A DNA stretch of 31,411 nucleotides. Source: a virus (taxonomy: Duplodnaviria; Caudoviricetes). Position numbers and translations under genes: made by a program. Below the pieces are notes generated by a model, which saw nothing but the letters and a program-made list of their open reading frames with translations, did not search any database and was not told the origin of the DNA. The stretch spans positions 1 through 31,411 of the IMG/VR virus record IMGVR_UViG_3300031197_000008; one strand, 5' to 3'. Positions 7,086 through 16,028 of this stretch are shown piece by piece; within the stretch, counting starts at the first letter, position 1; each line of letters opens with the position of its first letter.

Positions 7086-10025
7086 TTACACTTGGGCGAT
7101 GTAGGGTCGCGGATTGTGATAAACATTAAAAATCTTCTGCGGTGCAAAGTCCGCCAGCGTGAACATCGTCACCACGCCCTGGCTGGAAACCGTCGCCGCT
7201 TTCTCCGGGTCCGGCGCGTGCCAGATCACCGTTGCCGGTTGCTGTTCCTTTTTCGGATTCGAGAAACCCGGCGCGGGCGTGAGCAGAAACTTTTGAAACC
7301 GCTGCACCGCCGTCGATAGGAATTGTTGAAAGGCGAGACTGCCTTGCGCCAGGTCCGCAACTTCGGTGTCATAACTGTCGCTCCGAAAATTCCACATCTG
7401 CGGCGGGTTTCCTGGAATTTCCGAGACGAATTCAAAGTCCGGCAAATGCGCGTGCGTCGCCTTGATTTCCAGAATGGTTTGCACGTCGCCTTCGTCCCGG
7501 TGCCGGTCGATGCTGACGCCGGCGGCCACTTCCAATTTCTCATGAACGAACAGCCAGCCGAGTTCTTCCGCCCGCGCTTTTACGTCGCGAATGTCGCACC
7601 AGTAATATTGCGGCTGGGGAAACGACGGCTTCACAATCCCATTCATCTTGAGCACATCGAACGCAAGCGTCTGCGCCTGCTGCCAGGAGGCCGGGAAATC
7701 TGCATAAGTCTTGATGGGGATGCCCAGCACCGTCGCGCATTCGCGATTGCGCGGGTAGCGCAGCTCCGCGAATTGATAGCGCGGATGAATGCCCAGGCCG
7801 ATCAAGCCAGCCTCCTCAAGTCCAATATTACCAAGCGAGGCAGCCACGAACTCAAAAAGACTTTCCGGCTCGCTCGGCAACACGAAACTCAACCGGCCAA
7901 AGTGCAATGGATACCCGCCTTTGATCCGGTTCACGCTCCAAGCCATGTTGTTGTAATGCTCGCGCAAGAGCGGCAGGCGCGTGAACCGTTTCGGGTCGAG
8001 CGGCGCGAATTGATTGGCGAGCAGGAGCGCGCGGCGATTCACGGGAGTCAATTCATCATACCATCCCACCGTGTTGTAACGATCCGCAAAAAGATTCAGC
8101 ACGTCCGGTTCCGCGAAGGAAAAGAACCGGCCATCCTCTTCCGGGTCGAGCAAGGCTTCCACGCGCTGCAAGAGCTTGATGCCATTCTCCGCTTCGTGAA
8201 TTCGGTTCAATGAAAAATCTGCGCCGTCCGGCCCGGCCTTGTCCTGCTTGAACCACGGATTGCGATAAGCCAGCCCGCCGCTTTCGACATTGTAAGGCGT
8301 GAACGACGCCGGGAATCGACCCTTGCGCGGCGAGTGAAACGAACTGCCGGCCACAATGCCATGCTGTAGGGTAAAGAGAAGCCCGAAATATGCCTCGTTG
8401 CCCTTGGGAATGATTTCGCCAATCTCTGGAAATCCATTGAAGTTGAAAGCCACGAATTCCTTCTTCGTGATTTCCTTGTTGCCGATCTCCCAGGAATCAT
8501 TGAAATCTTGAATCGGATATTTGCCCGTCACCGTTCGATCGTACGTCAGCACCAGGCCCGCGCCCGTGAGCGTCAACTTCTGATTCGTGTAACGCCCCGC
8601 CGTCAAATTCGCCGAGTTGAACGTCGTGAATTCTTCCACCGTGCGAATCTGCGGATACGTCGGCTCATTGAAGCTGATAAAAAATCCGTTCGTATGATCG
8701 GCTTGGACTTCCTGCCATGTCACGACGTTCTCGCCCGCGAAGGCTTGCGCCGTGACCAAATCCGAATTATGCCAATGCAATGGAGCGAAGCTGGCGAGTT
8801 GCACCGGTGCATTCACATTCGTGACCGGCACATTGCCGAGCAGATTGGTGGACCAGGAAACCAAATCCGTCTGAATGCCATCGCCGTTCACGATGGACAG
8901 CACCTTGTTTGTTTCCGTCACGTTCAGATTCTTCGCCGCGAAATCGTTCATCAAAGTCCGGTAGCCTTTGAACTCGACTTCAGCGAACGTCGTGGCCGCA
9001 TCGCCCGCCTTCCGCGCAATCTTCAGTTTGCCTTTGTGATGGATCAAGTCGCCGATCAACGTTGCCGGATCGGACGGGTCGCCAAACAAATCCGCGTAAT
9101 CCGAATGCACATCGTGCACCATTGCATTGTCGAACGTCCATTCGGCTCCAAGCATCGGGCCGGCGAATTGATTCACAAAATCAAAGAGCAACTTCGGGTT
9201 GCTGACGTTGTTCGCCGCCATCGCCCACTTCACCGGGCTGGTGGTGCCGGTCTCCTGAATATTGAATTGAAACAGCCTTGGATCGTCCGGCAGAAACTTT
9301 TGAAAGTAGCGGCCGCCGCGCGTGTAAATCCCGCCAACACCTGTTCGCCGATAGCAAACCGATTCCCACCGCGGCAACGTAAAACTCAAATCGCCATCGA
9401 AAGAAATCGTGACCGGATTCTTCGTCATGTTGTGGAACCGGAAAAAATTGAACTTGTTTTGCCGGCGCGTGATCGTCAGCGACGTTGGCCCTTCAATGAT
9501 GATGTCCGCCAAGGCGTAGCGGTAAATCTTTTCCGGGATGCGACTGTTCCACGGTTGCAGCCAGTAGCGTTCGCCTGCGATTTCCCGCGTGTGCGCTTCG
9601 AGGGAAAAATCAAGGAAGTTGAAACTTGAATAACTTCCGGGTGAACCGTTGAACGGAACATCCGTGCCGGCGTGCGCCGATTCCAGAGGGGCTTTCGTGT
9701 GGACAATGCGCAACTCGGAATCGCGCGGCGTGCCCGGAATCGGAATTGAATCCATTTCCGCTTGCGTCAATTCAGCCAGGCCGTCGGCGGCATCCACGAA
9801 CAATTGATGATTGTAGGAATGCGCCGCGAAACGACGGGCATAAGCGGATAGTCCGCTGAAAAAACAAAAGCGTTTGCGGCTCAAGAAAAAACCAGCATCA
9901 TCACAAAAGAGAAAACTTTTGCCAGTAAGCAGATTTGAAAGCTTGGCATCGAGCGCGTCAAACAGCGCGTTCATGCGCGCGGCGGTCGGACGCTCGCCGC
10001 TGACGAGATAAGGGATCAGAGCCAC
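7086..10025 (-). CDS. Large hypothetical virion/tail-associated protein
   Basis: 979 aa ORF; N-terminus GERPTAARMNAL resembles the T-A-x-x-x-N starts of tail-tip proteins. No catalytic motif recognised. Confidence 0.6.
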   Translation of the reverse strand: MALIPYLVSGERPTAARMNALFDALDAKLSNLLTGKSFLFCDDAGFFLSRKRFCFFSGLSAYARRFAAHSYNHQLFVDAADGLAELTQAEMDSIPIPGTPRDSELRIVHTKAPLESAHAGTDVPFNGSPGSYSSFNFLDFSLEAHTREIAGERYWLQPWNSRIPEKIYRYALADIIIEGPTSLTITRRQNKFNFFRFHNMTKNPVTISFDGDLSFTLPRWESVCYRRTGVGGIYTRGGRYFQKFLPDDPRLFQFNIQETGTTSPVKWAMAANNVSNPKLLFDFVNQFAGPMLGAEWTFDNAMVHDVHSDYADLFGDPSDPATLIGDLIHHKGKLKIARKAGDAATTFAEVEFKGYRTLMNDFAAKNLNVTETNKVLSIVNGDGIQTDLVSWSTNLLGNVPVTNVNAPVQLASFAPLHWHNSDLVTAQAFAGENVVTWQEVQADHTNGFFISFNEPTYPQIRTVEEFTTFNSANLTAGRYTNQKLTLTGAGLVLTYDRTVTGKYPIQDFNDSWEIGNKEITKKEFVAFNFNGFPEIGEIIPKGNEAYFGLLFTLQHGIVAGSSFHSPRKGRFPASFTPYNVESGGLAYRNPWFKQDKAGPDGADFSLNRIHEAENGIKLLQRVEALLDPEEDGRFFSFAEPDVLNLFADRYNTVGWYDELTPVNRRALLLANQFAPLDPKRFTRLPLLREHYNNMAWSVNRIKGGYPLHFGRLSFVLPSEPESLFEFVAASLGNIGLEEAGLIGLGIHPRYQFAELRYPRNRECATVLGIPIKTYADFPASWQQAQTLAFDVLKMNGIVKPSFPQPQYYWCDIRDVKARAEELGWLFVHEKLEVAAGVSIDRHRDEGDVQTILEIKATHAHLPDFEFVSEIPGNPPQMWNFRSDSYDTEVADLAQGSLAFQQFLSTAVQRFQKFLLTPAPGFSNPKKEQQPATVIWHAPDPEKAATVSSQGVVTMFTLADFAPQKIFNVYHNPRPYIAQV

Positions 10026-10216
10026 ACCGGATCGCCTCCGCCGGTCCCTTCGCTCACGCTCGGTTTCACTTTGCGGATCACACCCAGCCGCGTATGCTGT
10101 GTCTCGACCCCGAGCGATTCAATCGGCTGCAAGGATTGGATGTCCTCCACAACTTTGTTGTGTTCGCGGATGAGGGCGGCAAAGCGTCCCTTCTCAGGCA
10201 GTCGGCGTGAATGCAT
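10016..10216 (-). CDS. Small hypothetical protein, probably structural
   Basis: 66 aa; overlaps the start of the 979 aa gene. Confidence 0.55.
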   Translation of the reverse strand: MHSRRLPEKGRFAALIREHNKVVEDIQSLQPIESLGVETQHTRLGVIRKVKPSVSEGTGGGDPVWL

Positions 10217-10436
10217 CGTTTGAATGCGGAGTGCGGAATTCGGAATGCGGAAAAGCTGGATCGTGTTGGTGACAATGAGAGCGCCGCTTCAATTCGGCTC
10301 GCAATATTTCAGCGACTGCTATTTGACCAAACAGCCCGGCTCGACAAAACGCATCGCTCAATGCTCTCATCGGATAAGTCTCCGCTTGTTCCTTCGCTAT
10401 TTGCACCGGAGTTTTTCCAGGATTTTCAATTTGCAT
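10194..10436 (-). CDS. Hypothetical protein
   Basis: 80 aa ORF overlapping both neighbours; C-terminus runs through a heptamer repeat. Confidence 0.5.
   Translation of the reverse strand: MQIENPGKTPVQIAKEQAETYPMRALSDAFCRAGLFGQIAVAEILRAELKRRSHCHQHDPAFPHSEFRTPHSNDAFTPTA
10223..10250. repeat. Degenerate 7-bp tandem repeat (x4)
   Basis: AATGCGG AGTGCGG AATTCGG AATGCGG. Confidence 0.8.
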
Positions 10437-10581
10437 TTCTGTTCCTTCGGTCCAATTCCTTTTTCGCGATTTCGAGCTTTTGGGCGTCTCCCGCCTGTTT
10501 GGCCTGCCGGTAGATTTCCACCAGCCGCTTGGTTGGAGTCATGGCGAGTTGTTTCGCGTAATCAATCAGTTCTTGATCCAT
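10426..10581 (-). CDS. Small hypothetical protein
   Basis: Start moved to ATG 10581 (MDQELIDYAKQLA..., 51 aa), downstream of the terminator and of a promoter-like sequence. Confidence 0.6.
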   Translation of the reverse strand: MDQELIDYAKQLAMTPTKRLVEIYRQAKQAGDAQKLEIAKKELDRRNRNAN

Positions 10582-10587
10582 GCGCCC

Positions 10588-10616
10588 ACTATAAACAAAA
10601 GCCGGGCCGGGAGCAA
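10588..10616 (-). promoter_or_regulatory. Putative sigma70-type promoter giving a leaderless transcript
   Basis: Minus strand TTGCTC-17 nt-TATAGT-6 nt-ATG(10581). Confidence 0.5.
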
Positions 10617-10634
10617 AGCAAACTCCGGCCCGGC
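10593..10634 (-). terminator. Rho-independent terminator after the capsid operon
   Basis: Minus strand GCCGGGCCGGAG-loop-CTCCCGGCCCGGC followed by TTTTGTTT, 16 nt after the stop at 10651. Confidence 0.8.
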
Positions 10635-10650
10635 ACACCCGAACGACAAA

Positions 10651-11097
10651 TTAGCGCGCCTCAACCCGTGGCGCTTTGAACCGCATCTTGACGACGATGT
10701 TCGTGACGTGGAAGAGATTCCCATTCTCAATCGAAGTCAGCTTCAAGGCTGCCGTCGAAGGGATCGAGACATTGGTGTATTTGGTCACAGTATTCGTGCC
10801 ATCTAGAGCCACTGTAATGCTGGTCGCAGGGGCCGTCTCATAGAGTGACGTGTCTGCGCTGTGCGCGAATTTGAAGATCACGTTGCCCGTAGCCGTGTTG
10901 GTCGAGGCCAGCGAGATTTGAATTCCAACGTTGTCATAATCGCTGACGGCAATCGTTTTCGCCGGGCTGTTCGTGGCCGAGAAAGCCACGTTGTTCGTGC
11001 CGCCATTGAAACCGCCAAACGTGTAAACGCCGGGTGACTGGGCCGAGGCCACCATTACGGCCGCAAAGAGCGTGATAAGGAAAAGGAATTTTTTCAT
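10651..11097 (-). CDS. Beta-rich protein with signal peptide (possible decoration or exported protein)
   Basis: MKKFLFLITLFAAVMVASA-Q is a typical Sec/SPI pattern; the mature part is Thr/Asn-rich. Confidence 0.75.
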   Translation of the reverse strand: MKKFLFLITLFAAVMVASAQSPGVYTFGGFNGGTNNVAFSATNSPAKTIAVSDYDNVGIQISLASTNTATGNVIFKFAHSADTSLYETAPATSITVALDGTNTVTKYTNVSIPSTAALKLTSIENGNLFHVTNIVVKMRFKAPRVEAR

Positions 11098-11351
11098 GCG
11101 ATTGATTTGTCGTGATTGGTCTGTTTCAAAAGAATGGCAATGTCGCGGTTGCTCCGGGCCATGTCGCGCAAGCGGAAACCGCGTAACACTTCCATGTGCC
11201 GGCGGAAACCTTTGATGATCGCCTGTCCCGTATTGGGCGGCGTTCGATAATTGCCGTGCTTGTCGAACAACCCTTCCGGCTTCGGAGCAGCGGCCATGGG
11301 AATTTCCGAGGAAAGTTCCACCGCCGTTTTGACTGAAATTGGTCTGGCCAT
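11094..11351 (-). CDS. Hypothetical protein after capsid gene
   Basis: 85 aa; ATGA overlap with the downstream gene. Confidence 0.6.
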   Translation of the reverse strand: MARPISVKTAVELSSEIPMAAAPKPEGLFDKHGNYRTPPNTGQAIIKGFRRHMEVLRGFRLRDMARSNRDIAILLKQTNHDKSIA

Positions 11352-11355
11352 GAAC

Positions 11356-12402
11356 TTATTTGTTCGTGCGGAACAGGACCGCGCCGACGCGATTCGCCGT
11401 GGAATAAACCATGTCCCAATTTGTGTTCACTGCCAGCTCGGCATTCGTTGCGCTCTGGCCTCCCGGCGTGCCAACCCACTTCATGCCGTTCAAGTGCATC
11501 ACGAACCGGGTGCGGTCGTAAATGCGTTCGTTGTTCAAATCCACGTCCGGACTGTAATTCAGGCTGGCCACGTCGATGACTGGATTGGAAGGCGTGCCGC
11601 CGGTCTGCGGTTTCTCGCCGAGCGCCACGATGCCCGAACCGAGCAAATAGGTTTCATAAACGAAGCCATCGCCCGTGCCCGCGCGGCTTAAAGTTTCACT
11701 CGTAAAGATCGGCACACCGCGATAGGTGCGGATGGTGAATGGCAGCCCGCTTTCGAGACCGTTCTTGAAACTTTCCTTGTCGGCGATTTCGAGCGAGGCC
11801 AATACGTTGGGATGAATCAGCAGCGCGCCGGATGCGAGTTGATCGGCCAGTTCGCCCATGAGCGCCTTGCCCGTGATGAACAAATCTGCGCTCATCGTCT
11901 GATCGGCTGTGGCGTCCAGACCGGTCTCATCGAACGAATCAATCCGCATCGCGCTCAATTCCGCTGCCGCGCCATTGGCGCCGAGACCATTGAATGCGCC
12001 GCGCAGAATGGAGATCAAAGTCGATTGGCGTTGCTTCAAACGCCGCTCGGTCAAGGCATCGGTGAACGCTCCGACCACATCACCGCCCGAAACCTGAATG
12101 GCGAGCGCCGTCACCCGGTTGTTGGTCACGCGATTCAGGATGGGAGTGACCATGAGGCCGCTGGTGATTCCCTGAATCGCCGGGGCCGTGTCCTCAACCT
12201 GGATCGCATCGGCCTGGTCGGTGATGTCCTTGAAAAAAGGAATGTTGGCGGAGATGCCAGCGCCCGTGGCGATGGCATCGAAGACCGCGCTGCGAACGGC
12301 GATTCCAGAATTCAAGAGGCTCGGAAACGTCGCCTGCTTTTCCCGCATGGCTTGAATCCAGATGTCGGGCGTCCAAAGATTAGAGATGGTTGCGATGGCC
12401 AT
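11356..12402 (-). CDS. Major capsid protein (SPP1 gp13-like coat family, HK97 fold)
   Basis: 348 aa after protease and scaffold; N-terminus MAIATISNLWTPDIW and ANIPFFKDI segment resemble this coat family. Confidence 0.85.
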   Translation of the reverse strand: MAIATISNLWTPDIWIQAMREKQATFPSLLNSGIAVRSAVFDAIATGAGISANIPFFKDITDQADAIQVEDTAPAIQGITSGLMVTPILNRVTNNRVTALAIQVSGGDVVGAFTDALTERRLKQRQSTLISILRGAFNGLGANGAAAELSAMRIDSFDETGLDATADQTMSADLFITGKALMGELADQLASGALLIHPNVLASLEIADKESFKNGLESGLPFTIRTYRGVPIFTSETLSRAGTGDGFVYETYLLGSGIVALGEKPQTGGTPSNPVIDVASLNYSPDVDLNNERIYDRTRFVMHLNGMKWVGTPGGQSATNAELAVNTNWDMVYSTANRVGAVLFRTNK

Positions 12403-12405
12403 AGA

Positions 12406-12879
12406 TTAGTTGTTTCTGATTGTTTCCGCTGCCCGCGCTGCCAGACAACGTTCGGTGAGAGTGGCATTCGCCGGGAGATTGGTTTTGGGATTCGCCTTCG
12501 GTTCCACGGATACGGGCGGGATGCCGCACGCCGCCTGAATTTCCGTCACGCGCGCGGAAGCCATCCTTTGCACTTCGCCTTTCGGATCGGAAAGAGTCTT
12601 TGTCGCCTTTTCCAAATCGGCCTGCACTACGGCGAGCTTGTCCGTGGTGGTTTTGTTGGCAGTTTCGAGCGTGCCGATGGTCTGGCGGGCGGTGGCCAGA
12701 TCGGCTTGCGTTTGGGAAAGTTGTCCGGTCAGTTCCGCTACCTTCGCCGTTGCGGCATTGAGCGCGGAAATGTTCGCATCGCGATCCGCTTTCACTTCGC
12801 CCAACTCCTTTTCCAACGCGGCGATGCGGGTCAGTTGCTCCCCGTTCACCCGATTGAGTTCAATGACGTTCAAATTCAT
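12406..12879 (-). CDS. Capsid scaffolding protein, putative
   Basis: 157 aa coiled-coil between protease and capsid. Confidence 0.65.
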   Translation of the reverse strand: MNLNVIELNRVNGEQLTRIAALEKELGEVKADRDANISALNAATAKVAELTGQLSQTQADLATARQTIGTLETANKTTTDKLAVVQADLEKATKTLSDPKGEVQRMASARVTEIQAACGIPPVSVEPKANPKTNLPANATLTERCLAARAAETIRNN

Positions 12880-13694
12880 TTCTTCAGCGTGGAAGTCAAC
12901 GCAATGGCTTCCTCCAAGTTGTTTACCAGCCCGTCGATCAATCCGATTTGAACTGCCTTCTTGCCATTGAAAATCTGGCCTTCGAGATATTCTGGATCGA
13001 CCTTGCGCTTGCTGAGAATAGCGGCGTCGAACTCGGCTTTGATTTCATCCACGTCGGCCTTGAACATGGCCCGCTCATCATCGGAGAGGGCTTTGAATGG
13101 AGCGCCGGACAGCTTCCATTTGCCCGCGGAAATCGCGTTCACCTTCAACCCTTCCTTTTCAAGCGCTGCAGTCTCATCCAGAAGGAACATATAAACGCCG
13201 ATGCTCCCCCAATTTGAACTGCCCGTGCCGAGCACGGCGTCGGCCTGAGAGGCCAGCCATTGCCCGCCGGACAATGCGCGCGAATCGGAAAAGCTGATGA
13301 TGGGCTTTGGGAATCCGGAAATGATTCTGCCGGTTTCCGGAATGCCGGTCACCGCGCCGCCTGGGGTGATGAAATTCAGGAGGACTTGGGAAACGGAAGG
13401 ATCAGCCGCCGCATCACCAAGTTCAGCGGCGAGTGAGTTGATGCTATAACCGCCGCACGATTCTTCGAACGCCGAAAGGTGCTGGCCGATTACGCCGTCA
13501 ATCGTGATGACGCGGACGCCGCCAGTCGTATCCGTGTTATCGGTCTTATCGTTGCGTATTGGCGGGATGAAACCGGGATCGGCAGGCTGTCCTTCCAGTC
13601 GCGAGAATAGCACGCGCCGCATGGCGACGTGGAACGGAGGATGCACCGTCCACGGCTCGCACAGGAGCCGGCTGACAATGCGCGGATAGTTCAC
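12876..13694 (-). CDS. S49 (SppA-like) prohead protease
   Basis: Motifs TPGG, ALSGGQWLAS, GSIGV, AGKWK, G-IF-G-x-x-A-x-x-x-GLID. Confidence 0.92.
   Translation of the reverse strand: MNYPRIVSRLLCEPWTVHPPFHVAMRRVLFSRLEGQPADPGFIPPIRNDKTDNTDTTGGVRVITIDGVIGQHLSAFEESCGGYSINSLAAELGDAAADPSVSQVLLNFITPGGAVTGIPETGRIISGFPKPIISFSDSRALSGGQWLASQADAVLGTGSSNWGSIGVYMFLLDETAALEKEGLKVNAISAGKWKLSGAPFKALSDDERAMFKADVDEIKAEFDAAILSKRKVDPEYLEGQIFNGKKAVQIGLIDGLVNNLEEAIALTSTLKK
12894..12900 (-). promoter_or_regulatory. GTTGACT late-gene upstream motif
   Basis: 14 nt before ATG 12879, inside the protease gene 3' end. Confidence 0.65.
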
Positions 13695-13707
13695 GCCCCG
13701 CCGGGCG

Positions 13708-13714
13708 AGTCAAC
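13708..13714 (-). promoter_or_regulatory. GTTGACT late-gene upstream motif
   Basis: 13 nt before GTG 13694. Confidence 0.7.
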
Positions 13715-13727
13715 AATGGGCAGGAAA

Positions 13728-13949
13728 TTACCCTTGGCTGATTTGCGTTTCGACCGCCGGCACTTCAATGCTGTGATGCGACCAATCAAACTCCCGGTTC
13801 CAAATATCCTTTGCCTCTTGGAGATTTGTCCTCTGGCCAGTTCGCCCCTTGCATTTCGGACACTCGACAAAAAATGTCATCGCTGTGTTCAGGTACATTC
13901 TTTGCGAAAGGGTCGGCGTCGGATGCTGGCAGAACGGGCAAGGTTTCAT
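13728..13949 (-). CDS. Lar-family (restriction alleviation-like) zinc-ribbon protein
   Basis: MKPCPFC...VECPKC...EAKDIWNR matches the Lar-family pattern. Confidence 0.75.
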   Translation of the reverse strand: MKPCPFCQHPTPTLSQRMYLNTAMTFFVECPKCKGRTGQRTNLQEAKDIWNREFDWSHHSIEVPAVETQISQG

Positions 13950-13958
13950 TGGGCAGGT

Positions 13959-14816
13959 TTAATCCAGCACATCCAGCAATTCAAGGATTTCCTTTTCCGA
14001 CGGGTTGGACAGGCAACGGCCCGCGGTGCGAACGGAGACTGGATTCAGCCGGATATTCGCAAAACCTTGAATGCGCAAATGCGAATGCGATTGCAGCCGG
14101 CACGCGCCCAGGTTGCCGGACAAGTTGCCCTTGATGCCCAGCCGCCCGGTCGATTCGAGCATCAGCGCGCCGAGCTTGATGTCCGCCTGCGCATAGAGCC
14201 GGGGCAAATCCGGGCGCGGCAGCTTTTTCTTTTTCGGAAAAAACCAATCGGGAAAAAAGACGAATCCGCCCACATGCTGTTCCTCGATTGGCAACGGCTC
14301 AAGCGTGCCATCGGCTGACAGAGTGAGAGCGTCGAACGTGCGGTTGAACTCGCCAAAGATTGAGCCGGCAGACCCGACCGTGCCATCCGCTGACAAGGCG
14401 AGCGGACCAAACGATCTGGACAAGTTCGCGACCAAGGCAATTGATCCGCTTGAACTAATCGTGAGGTTGCCTAGCGTCCGGTCGAGTCCACCGCTGATAT
14501 TAAGGGCAGATGCCGACGATAAAGTCAAGGTTCCAAGCGTGACATTCGCCGCAGCCACGATGTTCACGCTGCCCGCGCTCGTGAGCGAGATTGCGCCAAG
14601 AGTCACGGCCGCATTGCCGGCAATCGCCAGCCCGCCCGCCGATGAAACGGTGAGCGTGCCGAGTGTCTGGCTAAGATCGGCAACGAGCGTAAGCGCGCCT
14701 GAGGCGGACAGAGCCAATGCGCCGAGCGTGATGGAAGCATCAGCCGAGTGATCGAAGATCAGCGGCTTGCGAATTATGTGGGGCGGAAATGCTCTTGCTC
14801 TGCCAAGTAGGGCCAT
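13959..14816 (-). CDS. Structural protein with 21-aa repeats
   Basis: About seven repeats such as ADASITLGALALSASGALTLV, a linker, then three degenerate copies. Confidence 0.75.
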   Translation of the reverse strand: MALLGRARAFPPHIIRKPLIFDHSADASITLGALALSASGALTLVADLSQTLGTLTVSSAGGLAIAGNAAVTLGAISLTSAGSVNIVAAANVTLGTLTLSSASALNISGGLDRTLGNLTISSSGSIALVANLSRSFGPLALSADGTVGSAGSIFGEFNRTFDALTLSADGTLEPLPIEEQHVGGFVFFPDWFFPKKKKLPRPDLPRLYAQADIKLGALMLESTGRLGIKGNLSGNLGACRLQSHSHLRIQGFANIRLNPVSVRTAGRCLSNPSEKEILELLDVLD

Positions 14817-14822
14817 AACAAT

Positions 14823-16028
14823 TTACCAATAAGCCGCCCGCTTCACCGCTTGCAGATACACCAGCGGTTTGGGAGCCAAGGCCACCACGCTCGCAAACTC
14901 CGCCTCGACCATCGTGCACATGAGCGATTTGTCGGGATTCGCATCAGAAGCGAAGCCATAGCGGAACCTGATATTATTGAAATTGCCTGCTCCTGAAACT
15001 ACCGTCCATGCGCCGCCCGTCGGCGCTGTGGCGTAGTGCTTCCTCTTATAGATCCCTGTCGTTGTTCCTCCGATACCAGTTCCGTCATAGACCGTATCGA
15101 CGGTGCCGTTGTCATTTAATTTGAAAATCTCGTCTGACGCCAGCGTGCCCGCCGCGAAGAATTCCGCGATGACTTCCACCGCTCGCGGCGCTGCCGTCGG
15201 TGTGCTGATGCCAGGCGCCGGTCCATAGACGCACTCCACATAGTCAGTGACATTCGGCGGTGCAACGATGCGAATGTGATCGTCCGCGTCCGGCGTCACG
15301 TCATCGAGCGGCACATCGTCCACCAATTGAAACGCTGTTGTCGTCGCGTTCGTGATGTCGGTCGTCGTGTCGCCGCGCCGGAAATCCGCCGCGCCCGCGA
15401 CGTTGTGCGTGCCGTCGGAAGTCGGCACGAAATGATTCACATAGCCCGCGCCGATGGGGTAGTCGGCGGAAGTGGATGATATTAAAACATCATCGAAGAA
15501 GATGTCAGCCGTAGTGCTCTGAAGGCACCCAAAATTGCCGCCGCTTCCGGTATTTGACGCGAGTGTTAGTTGGGCCAACGCCGAACCATCCACTTTGCAA
15601 TCTGCTGTGATGTTTGTAACCGTGTCCACCCTTGCGTCGATCAAATACCAAACACCAGTCGTGACGCTTACCCCCGAAGCACTAAAATTAGCAGGAGCAC
15701 TTCCAGCCCCGGTGGAAGTTGCAACGTAGATTTTAGAGTCTGACTGCTTGAACGCCACACCGCCTAGCTTAGTTCCTCCGGCGGCGAACAAGTATGTGTC
15801 AGCATTTGGCAGAGTTGTAAAACGCACATAGAATCGAACAACCCATACCGATATGGAACCCGATGCAGGAGCTATAGCACAAGTAGCAGCGCTTGGATTG
15901 ATGCGCAGTGAACGCGCACCGCTCCGAACCGTCGTTGTGGAGATTGATGCCCCGGTTGGCGCAGTCCAATGCTGGCCAACCGAGCCAAGCTGCCCGCACT
16001 CAAATCCACAGCAAAAGACAGGCGTCAT
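14823..16028 (-). CDS. Beta-sandwich (LamG/lectin-like) virion protein, putative
   Basis: 401 aa; CGFE start, TTGVWYLID and FFDDV motifs typical of concanavalin-like domains. Confidence 0.6.
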   Translation of the reverse strand: MTPVFCCGFECGQLGSVGQHWTAPTGASISTTTVRSGARSLRINPSAATCAIAPASGSISVWVVRFYVRFTTLPNADTYLFAAGGTKLGGVAFKQSDSKIYVATSTGAGSAPANFSASGVSVTTGVWYLIDARVDTVTNITADCKVDGSALAQLTLASNTGSGGNFGCLQSTTADIFFDDVLISSTSADYPIGAGYVNHFVPTSDGTHNVAGAADFRRGDTTTDITNATTTAFQLVDDVPLDDVTPDADDHIRIVAPPNVTDYVECVYGPAPGISTPTAAPRAVEVIAEFFAAGTLASDEIFKLNDNGTVDTVYDGTGIGGTTTGIYKRKHYATAPTGGAWTVVSGAGNFNNIRFRYGFASDANPDKSLMCTMVEAEFASVVALAPKPLVYLQAVKRAAYW

